Shown: positions 13,361 through 25,911, numbered from the stretch's first letter. The stretch: 64,000 nt of DNA from Octopus sinensis (GCF_006345805.1 NC_043021.1:2232001-2296000), one strand, 5' to 3'. The notes: a model not told the origin generated them from the sequence alone. Numbers and translations are program-made.

Positions 13361-13745
13361 CTCTTTACTCTTTTACTTGTTTCAGTCATTTGACTGCGGC
13401 CATGCTGGAGCACCACCTTTAGTCGAGCAAATCGACCCCAGGACTTATTCTTCGTAAGCCTAGTACTTATTCTATCGGTCTCTTTTGCCGAACCACTAAG
13501 TTACGGGGATGTAAACACACCAGCATCGGTTGTCAAGCGATGTTGGGGAGATAAACACACACATACATATATATACATATATACGACAGGCTTCTTTCAG
13601 TTTCCGTTTTCCAAATCCACTCAGAAGGCTTTGGTCGGCCCGAGGCTGTAGTATAAGACACTTGCCCAAAGTGCCACGCAGTGGGACTGAACCCAGACCC
13701 ATGTGGTTGGTAAGCAAGCTACTTACCACACAACCACCCCTGCAC
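13361..13745 (-). mobile_element. SINE family A (tRNA-derived head, central microsatellite, ...gaaacaagtaaaagagtaaaagag tail), near full length
   Basis: It has an A-box-like gtggctgtgtggtaag and a B-box-like gggttcagtcc. About 35 full or partial copies occur in the window, e.g. ~795-1145, 5575-5945, 8595-8940, 11135-11440, 17630-17835, 18300-18620, 29950-30650 (3 copies), 37690-37990, 45495-45800, 51430-51570, 58245-58410, 59195-59520, 60935-61260 and 63880-64000. Confidence 0.9.
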
Positions 13746-13939
13746 CTATTTATTCATATTGTTTTAAATAAATCAAGAATTATCTCGTAGCTTCAAGATT
13801 TCATTGACCTGATCGTTTAGTGTTAGATTGACATTGTTCGGTAAGTGTGAGAGGCTGGATCCAGCTTGTTTGAACATAAAACAGGTAGAATATTTGGGTT
13901 GAGTTTGGCTGGTTTGAATCCTAAGGGGTTAAGCTGGTG

Positions 13940-14905
13940 GGAGCGATTTGAGGATTTGGTTGTTGTTTCTAGCAAGTTGACTGATCTCACATTAACCCTT
14001 TTGTTACCATATCCTTATTAAAATAAACTGCCATCGTTTCAAATAATTTTGAATATACTGAAACATTTAGTAAAATAACCTTTTGGTTAATTAAGCTTGT
14101 GTTTGGAACACAAATTAATTGGAAGCTTATATCATAGGGCCAGGGTGGTCACAAACAGGTATCAAAGGAGTTAAGTCTCTTGTCTTTTCTGGTTCTTTAC
14201 CTGGATGTCGAACCAAGTACCCCTAGATACTTCAAAAAGAAATGCATCTTGTCTGTACGTGTTTTTCCTTTATTCTAAGCTAGAGGGATTTGAAGGTTTT
14301 AGCTGTTGTTTCTAGTAAGTTGAGTGGCTTCCCATTAGCATGTTTTTGTTACCGTATTTCGGCTGAAATATACTGCCTCTGTTGCAAATTCTTTCGAAAA
14401 CAATGAAGAATTTAGTAAAATAACCTTTTGGTTAACTAAGCTGGTGATGGGAACATCAGAAATTTTGATGGCAAAATTTATTTTAGACCATTTTAAAACA
14501 GGGAATATCCATCATAGAACCAAGGTCTGTCTTGCCTGGGTGTTGAACTATGTACCCCTAGATACTCTGAAAAGAAATGCATCTCATTTTCTTGTGTATT
14601 TTTCTTTCTAAGCTAGTGTGTGAGGGGGGATTTAAAAATTTAGCTGTTGTTTCTAGCAAGTTGACTCACCTCCCATTAACTTTTTTTTTTTGTATTTTTG
14701 TTACTGCTTTTGTTTCAAAATGGAAACTTTAGTAAAATAACCATGGAAACAGAAATCAATGAGAAATTTTGATGGCAAATTTTTTATTTTAATTCACTTT
14801 AAAATGGGATTTCCATCACAGAACCAGGGGTGGTTTCAGGTGGGTTGGTATTGAAGGGGTTAAGACTCTGGTTTGTTTTTCCTGGGTGTTGAGGAACTTA
14901 GTACC
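13940..14905. repeat. Old tandem triplication of a ~330-bp composite unit
   Basis: The anchors gctgttgtttctag..aagttga (~13960, 14301, 14643), tttagtaaaataacc (~14067, 14410, 14728) and gtacccctagatac...aagaaatgcatc...ctaagctag (~14217, 14552) recur in the same order. Confidence 0.8.
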
Positions 14906-15094
14906 AGTTATGTACCAGGGGATGGGTTCCTAATCAATTAATTATACTTCTCTGTGAAATTGTGATTTTTCTGTCTAAATCCTTCTTGTTGATTTCCATA
15001 GCGATTGAATTTGAGGGGTTTAAACCCCAGGCCTTCACCCTCCCCCCCATTCTGTGCCTTGTTTTAAAACCCTAATTCCATGCTACTATTCCAG

Positions 15095-15495
15095 CTCCAC
15101 AAGCTACTCTCTCAACCCCACTCCACTCAATTCCACAAGCTACTGCACTCAACTCCACAATCTACTCCATCTCCACTCCACAAGCTACTGCACTCCACTC
15201 CACAAGCTACTCCATCTCCACTCCACAAGCTACTGCACTCAACTCTACAATCTATTCCATCTCCACTCCACAAGCTACTGCACTCAACTCCACAATCTAC
15301 TCCATCTCCACTCCACAAGCTACTGCACTCAACTCCACAAGCTACTCCATCTCCACTCCACAAGCTACTGCACTCAACTCCACAATCTACTCCATCTCCA
15401 CTCCACAAGCTACTCCATCTCCACTCGACTCCACTCCATAAGCTACTCCACTCGCTATTCAATCTCCACTCGGTTCCACATGCTACTCCACTCTC
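15095..15495. repeat. Minisatellite with a 45-bp higher-order unit (22-mer + 23-mer)
   Basis: ctccacaagctactgcactcaa alternates with ctccacaatctactccatctcca, about 7 dimers. Confidence 0.92.
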
Positions 15496-15768
15496 CGCCT
15501 CTCCCCACCACCACCACACCCAGCTGTCCTCACGTGATGAACTTCTGGAGCACCTCCACTCCCTCCCTCCCTCCCACTTCCACCTTCACACAACTCCATT
15601 CTGAACCCTAACCCCTCCCCCCCCACCTCCCCTCCTTCAACACGGTGAGCACACACACACACATGCATATATCTACATACGCACAGACATATCTACATGC
15701 ATGCATGTAACTATACACGCACACATTACACCATTACACACACACGCACACACATCTACATGCACACA

Positions 15769-15812
<44 letters not shown>

Positions 15813-15942
15813 TATATATATATACACATATATATACATATACATATATATATATATACCAATGTGTTTTGTTTCATGTGTCACTAGGTTAGTAGGTCAG
15901 GTGTCCATAGCTCCCAACCTCCCTCCTCTCCTCCTCTCCTCT

Positions 15943-15981
<39 letters not shown>

Positions 15982-16119
15982 CAGTTCTAAAACTTGCCTA
16001 CTTCTTTCTCCCTCTCCCTCTCCCTCCCTCCTCCCCCCACAACCGGCTCCCTTCTCAGCTGTGACTTAGAAAACTGGGATTTCTTGCAGTAGTCCTGCTC
16101 CCCATCCCCGCCCCACCAC

Positions 16120-17000
16120 CACCACTACACAATCGTTATTGTTGTAGTTGTTGTTGTTGTGATCAGATAACATGATCACCACCACCACCACCACCACCGT
16201 CGTCCTCTCACCCCCATCCCCATTCTCTGCATTCCAGGGTCGCCACCACCAGTGCAGCCGGTGCCACCACCACCACTACTACTACAACTGCTGCACATCA
16301 CTACAACACTTATTATTTGCAAGACCACCACACTACCACTACCCATGCAGTAGCAACACTTCTACTATCACCAACACTGTTACTTATGACTTTACCGTCA
16401 CCACCAAAACACCATGACCACCAAAACACCATGACCACCACTATGGCAACACCTGGCGCACCACCAGCCACTACAACACAGACACTGTCTCTTTATAGCA
16501 TTGTCACCACTACACAACTACTGCCACACCACTAGCATTGCCACCAGTAATACAACAGCCCTACCGTCACTACTACTACCACACTAGCACTACACCACAC
16601 CGATACTGTCACCACCACCAGCACAAGTCCCATCACTACCACTATTGCTGCTACCACCACCATTACCACTATTGCTTCCACCATTGCCATCTGTTTGACC
16701 CCGTGCAACTGTAGATCCTTGGTTGGTGCAACAAAGGGGACAGCGTGTTGCTGCTTCTCCTTCCCCCACCCCCACATCCCCCTTCCCGACCTCCACTGCA
16801 CCACTGTGACCTATTGACCGTTTGACCAGTCTGCCTGTCCCATGTCGAAACCAAGGGACTGGGTGGTTGGTTGGTTGGTGGGGAGGTGGCACCAATGCTG
16901 CCACCACCACCACCACCACCTTCTTCTATAGAACATCTCTCATCTATGCTGGCACTTCTACAGTAACCACCACCACCACCTTCTATATGGATGCCTAACC
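16120..17000. repeat. (ACC/ACT)n-derived low-complexity tract
   Basis: Decayed trinucleotide repeats. Confidence 0.85.
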
Positions 17001-17289
17001 TGTTAGAAATGGCAGCCAAATCTCCTTTATATCACACTCCGTTGCAGACATGCATAGGCAACCTTTTTCAAGAAGTGGACTGCATGAAGTGTGCTCCATC
17101 ATCAGGCAGGCTGCACCACCTAAAAAAAAGTTGATGGGAACCTTTTTGCTAGGTATGCCATTCAGAAAGTCCCACAGGTCACGGCTTGTCCATGATTGCC
17201 TTGTGGTTTTGAAAATGGAAGATGTGCCATACATCTCATGGCGAATGCCTCTGTTTCCAACGTTCATATATATTCACATTATTTTATTT

Positions 17290-17629
17290 TCTATTTTTCG
17301 ACTGTAGTCGCGACAATGGAATTTACCATGCTACGCCAGACCTCACGGTCCATCATAGCATTACAGAGGTCCTGTTGATGGATGCCTGTATCCTACCCTG
17401 ATTACATCAGGGTAGGAGAGTGTGCGCCCTCTGGTATTGTGAGCAGATGGCTTCCAGAGGAGAAGAGTAGAAATTACCTCGTTTTCAGCTCTACAACAAT
17501 GTCCAGCAAACTGGACTCTTCTACCTTTCACAAGAGATGACACAGGTGGTAGTTTCCCATATATTTGTACTTTGGTTGGATGATGTTTCCACGAGAGATT
17601 TTGAGCTGTCATAAGGCGGCGAGTGTAAG
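17290..17629 (-). mobile_element. RTE-clade LINE, 5'-truncated 3' end
   Basis: The minus strand reads (Y)TRRLMTAQNLSWKHHPTKVQIYGKLPPVSSLVKGRRVQFAGHCCRAENEVISTLLLW...PDVI, then after a frameshift RDTGIHQQDLCNAMMDREVWRSMVNSIVATTVEK*. This matches the C-terminus of RTE ORF2 (RxxFAGH and DRxxWR motifs). Confidence 0.85.
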
Positions 17630-18779
17630 TTCTGTGTTTGTCCCCCCAACATCGCTTGACAACCGATGCTGGTGTGTTTACGTCCCTGTAACTTGGCAGT
17701 TTGGCAAAAGAGACCGATAGAATAAGTGCTAGGCTTACAAAGAATAAGTCCTGGGGTCGATTTGGTTGATCGACTAAAGGCAGTGCTCCAGCATAGCCTC
17801 AGTCAAATGACTGAAACAAGTAAAAGAGTAAAGAGAGTCACGTCATCAGAATCTCAGAGCTATAAGATAATGCATGATTAATTCAAAACAGTGTAAATGA
17901 ATAAGAGTTATCTAAATGTTCAGGGGTTGATCTTGTCTTTGGTAGCAGAATCAATGACCATGGTTAAATTATATTTATCCTCTTGCATCTTGCACATGCG
18001 GTTTAATGAGGGCTTCACATTGTTTCTCATTTTCTGGCAATTTCTGGGCTTTTTTTTCCCCCCTCCTTTTTCTTTTTGTGTTCTGGTTTGGTTTGTCACA
18101 TTGAACACTCCTCGTTTTTCAACCAACACTTGACCAGCCTTGAAATGTGGGTGCCACTCGAAAAAACCTATATTTAAAGCTATAAGGACCTGCGGAAAGT
18201 GCTTTGAGAGAGTCAGTAGCAGGTTTGTCACGTTGCTTCATCTGAAATTTGTTGTGGACACATTGCCTGGATTTTATTGGGTCACACATTTACAAAACCT
18301 CTCTTTCACCTTGTTTCAATTGCTTGACTGTGGCCATGCTGGAGCACTGCCTTGATGGGTTTTTGTCAAACAAATCAACTCCAAAACTTTTTTTTTTAAC
18401 TTGATACATAATTTCTTGATCTCATTTTGCCAAACCACTAAGCTACAGGGATGTAAACAAACCAATACTGGTTGTCAAGCAGTATTAGGGAACAAACGCA
18501 AAGACATGTATTCAAAGCTTCCACACAATTTCTATTTACCAAATTCACTCACAAAGCATTGATCAGCTTGGGGTAGTTATAGTAGAAGGACCCTGGCCAA
18601 AGTTGCCATACAGCAGGATTGAACCTGAAACTACATGGCTGCAAAGCAGGCTTCTTAACCACTCCATCATTCCTGCCCTTAGAGAAATTATGAGAAAGAG
18701 TACCCTAGCCTATGGTCTTCGAAAGATGTACCTCTGTGTAAACCTTCAGTCCCCTCCAGCAGTGCAAAGCTTGAAACGT

Positions 18780-19005
18780 AACTCCGTGGCTGAGTGGTTT
18801 GAAGTGATGAGCTCAGGATCATCAGGATGTAGGTTCAATTCCTTGGTCAGGCAGCATGTTCTATCCTTGAACCAGGTACTTATTTTCACTTGCCGGTTTC
18901 TGTCTAAACACCGGCCAAATGCTGCTGTCGAGTGAGAGCAGTGGCAGTTGCTGACTGCCCCAGCATGGCCACCGACCAGTGGCTGAAAGAAATGAAAGAT
19001 AAATG
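18780..19005 (+). mobile_element. Further tRNA-headed SINE (family I)
   Basis: The head gtggctgagtggtttgaag...ggttcaattcc has A/B boxes. The tail cccagcatggccac...ggctgaaagaaatgaaagataaatgaa resembles the family A tail. Confidence 0.55.
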
Positions 19006-19334
19006 AAACCTGGTCTAGGCCAGTTACTGCTGGCAGTATATGTGTGTCCTATTTTTGGTTGTATAGTGGTGGCAGTGTGTGTATGTGTGTGTGTATAAAC
19101 GGACTTGTCCTTTTAATTTCAAGCTTTCCCAGCTGGTGACACTTTTGATACCATTGACACTGTGACACCTGCAGTGAACCATTTTGTGGTTCACTGCATT
19201 TGTGAGCCAACTGCAGTGATTAACCCATTTGAAACTTATCTCCAGCAGATCTGTTCGACATAAACTGACACATAATGTTACACCCTACTGTCCTGAATAT
19301 ACATATCTATCTATATGTGTGTATGTATATATAT

Positions 19335-19545
19335 ATAGTTAATCCAAACAAGAAAACACAGAAAAAAAGAGAAAAAAACACAGCAACGCAGGACGTGGAA
19401 CAATTAAAGTATTATTGACGCTCAGGAAAGAAGGGAAGGAGGGTTTAACGTTTCGAGCGGAGCTCTTCGTCGGAAACAAGGAGAAGGAAAGATCCCAAGA
19501 AGGGAAGACAGAGGAGAAAATATTTGAGCTGGTGGTGCTCAAGAG
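19335..19545 (-). mobile_element. Penelope-like element terminal-repeat fragment
   Basis: The minus strand has ccgacgaagagctccgctcgaaacgt, the CYGANGA-stem-GAAAC signature typical of PLE termini. Confidence 0.6.
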
Positions 19546-19553
19546 ATCACATG

Positions 19554-19585
<32 letters not shown>

Positions 19586-20479
19586 CAAGATTAATCATAT
19601 ATATATATATATGTATGTATCAAAATTTATCAGCCGAAATTGCGAGGATGATCTGGTTTTTGACTGAAGATTAAAGGCTTCGAATGACCCGTCCGTGTTT
19701 TTGTATCGTCTATATAAAAGTTTTGCGTTCTTGTCTCATTTTGTATTTTTATATATATATACAGACACACACACACACACACATATATATATAAACACAC
19801 ACGATGTGCTGAAAAATTCCTGGCATTAAGGATATCGCGAAAGGCCTGGCTGGAGGCCCAAGCCTTCCGAGTTCTTTAACGGGTGATAGATGTGGAAAAA
19901 AACCCCCATTAGGTTTAAGTTTTGAATTTGCTGCAGAAAGTGGTCTGTATTTGTGGTGGGGAGGGTGAGGGGTGCTAGGAATGTGGCCTGGGTGCCAAGC
20001 AGGGGTGGGGCAGCCTGAGAAAGTTTGGGAGCTATTGCTCTAATGTATCCCTGAAAAGAACCAGGTGGTCATACGGCCAGTATGTATTCGATCATAGATA
20101 GGTCGGCTCCGTCAGGACCGACCTTGGGCGAAACATTACCATAGCAACAGGACTGTTTAGCATTCTTGACCCCTCAGGCAAATCTGTGCACTGCGCCCTA
20201 AAATATCTCTTTATTAACCGCGAGCCATGATGTAAATGGATTAGAGATGAGTCCTTAGACCCATAAGGCCCCCAAGCAACTGGCCATGAGACCTTACATG
20301 GCCGTACATTCTGCTCGAAATAACTGCGAGACCTTCCTTGTATTAGCTTGTCTAAGGACACATTTGAGTACGTGTAGTCCCAGATGCGCAGTTCTGAAAA
20401 AAGACGGGATGATCACGGCTGGAACGCCTCCGGTCATAACCCCGCTTTGATCGGGGTTGACCAGAAGCTTTAAAACAGC

Positions 20480-20848
20480 ATTCAACTTTTACTGCACACC
20501 GTCGCCTTAGCTGTAACAGCATCACCACCAACCATACGAACCACCACCACCTTCACTACAATAACGCACCGCCACAACCAACAGCTCCTACCACCCTATC
20601 ATCACCAGCACGCCACCGCCGCCGCCGCCACTTTCAGGACTATATGAGAGAGAGAGAGTGAGGGTGAGAGGAGTAGAAATGAATGGAGAGGATTGGTTCA
20701 ACTACGTGTTTGTATTATCCTGCGAGATAATCTAAAATCAGTGCTAAAAATAGAGCTGATCTCCTTTTCTGCTTTTTATAACAAAGTCGGCTCTCACCTC
20801 ACACTTCGGCTGACACACATCGACACTCATTACTCAAAGCGCATTGAT

Positions 20849-20890
<42 letters not shown>

Positions 20891-21800
20891 ACAGCACCTC
20901 ACGTTCACGCACAATCAATCACACATACATGCATACACACACACACACACACACAGTGCCCTTTGTGAAGCGTACCCTCGCATTTATTATTATTATTATT
21001 ATTATTATCATTATAAAACCAGCCATCCAACCCGCCCCTTTCTGTGTGTCTCGTTTTTTTACTTCGAACCTCGAACCAGCCGCCTGGTGAAGGTGAATGA
21101 CCTGTTCACATCCACCCCTGGGGTGTCGTCTCTCTCTCTTCACCGGGATTTCCGAAGCAGAGATAGAGAGAGATAGATTGTTGTCGGCTGTGGGACACTG
21201 CATATCTCTGCAGCGCCGGCAGCGGACGGCGATGGCAACTACTGAGGGTGCTGCGACGACACGGGGTGGCTAACAGACGCAAAGAGGGTGGCAGGCCCTC
21301 GTCTTCAGCGTTTTCGCTACTACTACTACTGCTGCTGCTACCATCGTGACCTCCTACCTCTTCCTACTTTTCGGTTTCGTTCGCCCTTTCAAATCCCTTC
21401 CTTCTTCCTTAAAAATGCTACAAAAAAAAAAAGCTATCTCCTATCCCTCCTCACATTTAAAGAGAAGGCGAAGTGGGGGACGAGAGAGAGAGAGAGAGAG
21501 AGAAAGAGCATTCGATGTAGTTGTTATTGATGTGGCGGCGTTGATGTCGACTCGAACTAAACACTATCCTTCCCTTTCTCTCTCTCTCTCTCTCTCTCCT
21601 TCCTTCTGTGTGGTGGTGGTGGTGGTGAGCGTGTCGGTTGTGGTTAACAACAACAACAACAACAATAATAATAATAATCTCGGGGCTCTGTCATTAGCAG
21701 GTGGATTACAAAAAGACAGGTGACAACACTGGAGGAGTAGGAGGAGGAGGAGGAAGAAGGGAAAGAGGACAAGGTTGTTGCTGGGAAGGGGGGGGGGGCA
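20480..21800. promoter_or_regulatory. CpG-rich, non-repetitive promoter/enhancer-like block
   Basis: CpG and GCC density is visibly raised over the surrounding DNA. It has (GA)n tracts and a perfect MEF2-type site CTAAAAATAG at 20744-20753. Confidence 0.45.
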
Positions 21801-21844
21801 GAATGAAATGCCGGCAGTATTTTTTCACTGTGTGCCTGTAATGT

Positions 21845-22939
21845 GTGCTTATCTATGTTGTGTGTGTGTGTATGTATATATGTTGTGTGTGTATGTATAT
21901 ATATTTATGTTGTGTGTGTAGTGTATGTATATATATGTTGTGTGTGTGTGTATATATATTTGTTGTGTGTGTAGTGTATGTATATGTTGTCTGTGTAGTG
22001 TATGTATATGTATGTTGTGTGTGTGTGTATATATATTTGTTGTGTGTGTAGTGTATGTATATGTTGTCTGTGTATATATATTTATGTTGTGTGTGTAGTG
22101 TATGTATATGTATGTTGTGTGTGTGTGCGTATATGTATGTTGTGTGTGTGTGTGCGTATATATATGTTTGTGTGTGTGTATATATCTATGTTGTGTGTAT
22201 GTATATTTATATATGCATATATATATATACACACACTGTAATATACTTGCATTGAATACAGTTATGTGTAATATACATACACTATGTATGTGTGTATGTA
22301 TATATATATATATGTATATATATATATTTATACATACATACAGATATATATGAATACTGCGATATGCAATTCCTAACTCGTGGTATTAAACTTCTTTTCT
22401 CTCTCTGCATCTCTTTTATTTCAGTCTCTTTCGCGCGTAAACTTCATTTTTCTTTTAACTCGTTCGTTCTCTGTTCTTTTTTTTTAACTCTTTCTCTAAA
22501 TTTTGTCAATTCTTCATCCACCCCGACACCACCCTCCGTCTGTAAGCGTGTACACACACACACACACACACACACTTTATATATAATAATACATGCAACA
22601 CCATCGCCGCCGCCGCCGCCGCCCTGGGCGATGTTTTAATTGCCACTAGCAACCATACTGTTGCACTACCATTAAACACACACACACATATGTATATACA
22701 GAGTGAGTGAGTGAGAGAGAGAGAGCGAGAGAGAAAGAGAGTAGTCAGTCAGTAGCTGTCTAAGTAGGTTAGTGGGATTCGAAACCACCCCGCTCCTATC
22801 CCTCTACTTGGCCTGCCAGATTCTGAAAGGTCAGTTACTAAATTGAGATAACTCACTGCTGCACCCACTCTCCTCCCCTCCCCCCTCCTCCTCTTCTGCC
22901 GCTGCCTCCGCCGCCGCCTCCGACAGTTCGTTTGCTTTA

Positions 22940-22977
<38 letters not shown>

Positions 22978-23040
22978 TGCAAGTTAGTTTACTTGGATAG
23001 GAAAGGGGTGCTTGCTCACTTAATCACCCGCTCACTTTCT

Positions 23041-23080
<40 letters not shown>

Positions 23081-23391
23081 CTTTTCTATCTCTTGCACGT
23101 ACACTGGAGTCAGCCCAGAACACACACATTTAAACACAGGATGGTATACACATACATGCATTCATACACACACACGCTCACACACTCACGTATATACACT
23201 GAGTAATACAGGTTGGCGTACACACACACCACACACACACACGTATATCTGTGTGCAATCTGTGTATATTACACGCGCACACTTAAATGTGTATGTATCT
23301 ACATCTATGTGTATATATCCTACACACACACACACACACACACACAACTCATAGTTAATGTAAAAGGCAAACATTGTGTGTATAATATAGC

Positions 23392-23437
<46 letters not shown>

Positions 23438-24575
23438 AATCTTTGCAAAGCAAACTCACATAAACTGGGTTACAGATATCACACACACACACACACACAC
23501 ACCACACACACACTCATACACATACACACACACCTACATATTACTAGTGCGCTTCAAATTATCTTGAGGCAGTAGAGAAACTTTGCAACTGATGTTTGTG
23601 TTTCACTCTGTGTGTGTGTGTATGTATACGTATTTGTGTGTGTGTGTGTACCTGTCCTTGGCATAGACGTTTCGTACATATACACTCACATACTAGCAAA
23701 CACTTTCTCACTTATGCACACACACACACACACACACACATTTGCAGACATTCCCTCACACTTGTAAGTGGCAGTGTGCAAAAGTGTAGGAAAACTTTTT
23801 CCAACCGAATTTGCATATTGGATGTGTGTGTATTTAGCATATATATGTACACACATACACACACATATATATATTCATAGGTGTGTGTGTATAATCTGTA
23901 TATGTGTGTGTATTTGTGTATATATGTATTGCTCGACTAAAGGCGGTGCTCCAGCATGGCCGCAGTCAAATGACTGAAACAAGTAAAAGAGTAAAAGAGT
24001 AATATGTATATAATATATATGTATATATATATATATATCTATATGCGAATGTGTATATATTATATATGCATGTATATATGTATATGCGTATATGTATATG
24101 CGTATATGTATATATGTATAAGCGTATGTGTATATACGTATATGTATATATGTGTATATACATATATGTGTATATGTATATTTGCATATATGTGTATATG
24201 TATATATGCGTATATATGTATATAATATATATATATGCGAATGTGTATGTGTATAACATATGTATGCAAATGTGTATACGTATATAATATATATGCGTGT
24301 ATATGTAATAGATATGCATATATATGTATATAATATATATATGCGCTCGTTTATGTATATAAAATGTATATATGTGAATGTGTATATATTATATATATAT
24401 GCGAATATGTGTATCTATGTATATTATATTTATGTATATATATAAATATAATGTATATATGTGTATATATGAATATAATGTATATGCATATATATGTATA
24501 TATAAAATGTATATATGCGTATATATGATGTATATATATATATATGTGTATATATTATATGCATATATGTGTATA
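21845..24575. repeat. Large microsatellite field (TG/TA minisatellite 21845-22330; CA tracts 23120-23760; TA-rich 23990-24575)
   Basis: Directly visible. It is interrupted by the GC-rich block at 22590-23090. Confidence 0.9.
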
Positions 24576-24579
24576 ATTT

Positions 24580-25565
24580 TTATTCTACTGAGGTCAACTT
24601 CTCCTTTCATCCTTTTTGAGGTTCAATGAATTTAAATTTCATTCTGACGGTTGATTGTAGTCGACTTCCCCTCCCCTCAAAACTGTTGGCCTTGAGCCAG
24701 TATTATTTATTCTGTAGAGAGAGAGGTGTTGACTTTGCCTTCATCCCTTTGGGGTCAATAAAGTAAGTACCAGCTGAGCACTGGGGTTGATGTAACCCCC
24801 TCCCCCCATTTAAAAATTCAGGCTTTGTCTCTACAGCAGAAAGTATTATTATTCTTATTGTTATTATTAAAGCAGCAAACTGGTAGAATCTTTGGTGCTC
24901 TGGGCAAAATGCTTTGAGGAATTTCGTCCATCTTCATGTTCTGAGTTCAAATTCTGCTGGGGTCACCTTTGCCTTTCATCCTTTCAGGGTCGATAAACTA
25001 AGTACCAGTTGCATACTGGGGGTGTCACTGTAATTGACTTATCACCTCTCCTGAAATTGCTGGCCTTGTGTCAACATTAGAAATTATTGTTGTTGTTGTT
25101 ATTATTATGAAGATAGTGTGCTGGCCAAATTGTTAGCACATCAGGCGAAATGCTTAGCAGTAGTTTGCCTGTCACTACATTCTGAGTTCAAATTCCACTG
25201 AGGTCGACTTTGCCTTTCATCCTTTTGGGGTCGATAAATTAAGTACCAGTTGATTGCTGGGGTGTCAATGTAATCGACTGGCCCCCTTCCCAAAATTTCA
25301 GGCTTTGTGCTTATTGTAGAAAGATTATTATTATTATTATTATTATTAAGGTGTCGAGCTGGGAGAATTGTTAGCACACTGGGCAAATTGCTTAGTGGCA
25401 TTTCGCCAGTCACTCCATTGAGTTCAAATTCTGCCAAGGTCAACTTTGCCTTTCATCCTATCAGGGTTGATGAAATAAGCACCAGTTATATACTGGGGGT
25501 GATGTGATCGACTACTCCCCTCCCCCCAAAGTTGCTGCCCTTGTGGCAAAATTTGAAACCATTAT
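24580..25565 (+). mobile_element. Cluster of ~5 head-to-tail SINE family B copies
   Basis: The ctttgcctttcatcc...agtaccag core recurs at ~24600, 24735, 24965, 25205 and 25445, separated by (ATT)n/(GTT)n tracts. Confidence 0.85.
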
Positions 25566-25911
25566 AACAGATGTGCATCCCTTTCAGTTTCATCTACCAA
25601 ATCCACTCAAGGTTTTGGTCAGCCTGGGGCTCTGGTAGAAGACCCTTGACTATGGTGCCACACAATCAGACTCAACCTGGAACCATGTGGTTGAGAAGCA
25701 AAGTTCTTACCGTACAGATGTTCTACCATTGTCATGTTTACAGGAGATGGGGGTGGGGCATTAGTGTCCCCATGGGCAGCCTCCAATTCGACTTTTTCTA
25801 TCCAAAAGAAGTTTTCCATCCAATATTTATTTGCTTCGAGATCCACCCTTCCATAAAAAAACCCTTGAAAGTTTACAAAATTCTTATGTCGTCAACAAAC
25901 ATGACACGTAA

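Noticed and set aside
15054-15611. 174-185-aa repeat proteins
   Set aside because: All three plus frames are open because the 45-bp unit lacks stop triplets. There is no frame preference.
16172-17019. Thr/His-rich mucin-like ORFs
   Set aside because: This is decayed (ACC)n low-complexity DNA with overlapping short ORFs on both strands, no splice structure and no domain.
17613-17629. aaggcggcgag as a SINE B head fused to a SINE A tail
   Set aside because: On the minus strand these bases encode YTRRLM, the continuation of the RTE ORF. The resemblance is coincidental.
17920-18300. Old LINE/Penelope coding remnants (also 1435-1800, 5330-5560, 17040-17250, 32600-32780)
   Set aside because: The sequence looks TE-derived, but no diagnostic motif is readable by eye. 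BLASTx against a TE protein library is needed.
19625-19745. A third hammerhead motif (cagccgaaa ... ctgaaga)
   Set aside because: Core elements are present, but stems I-III cannot be closed. It is at most a truncated or decayed PLE terminus.
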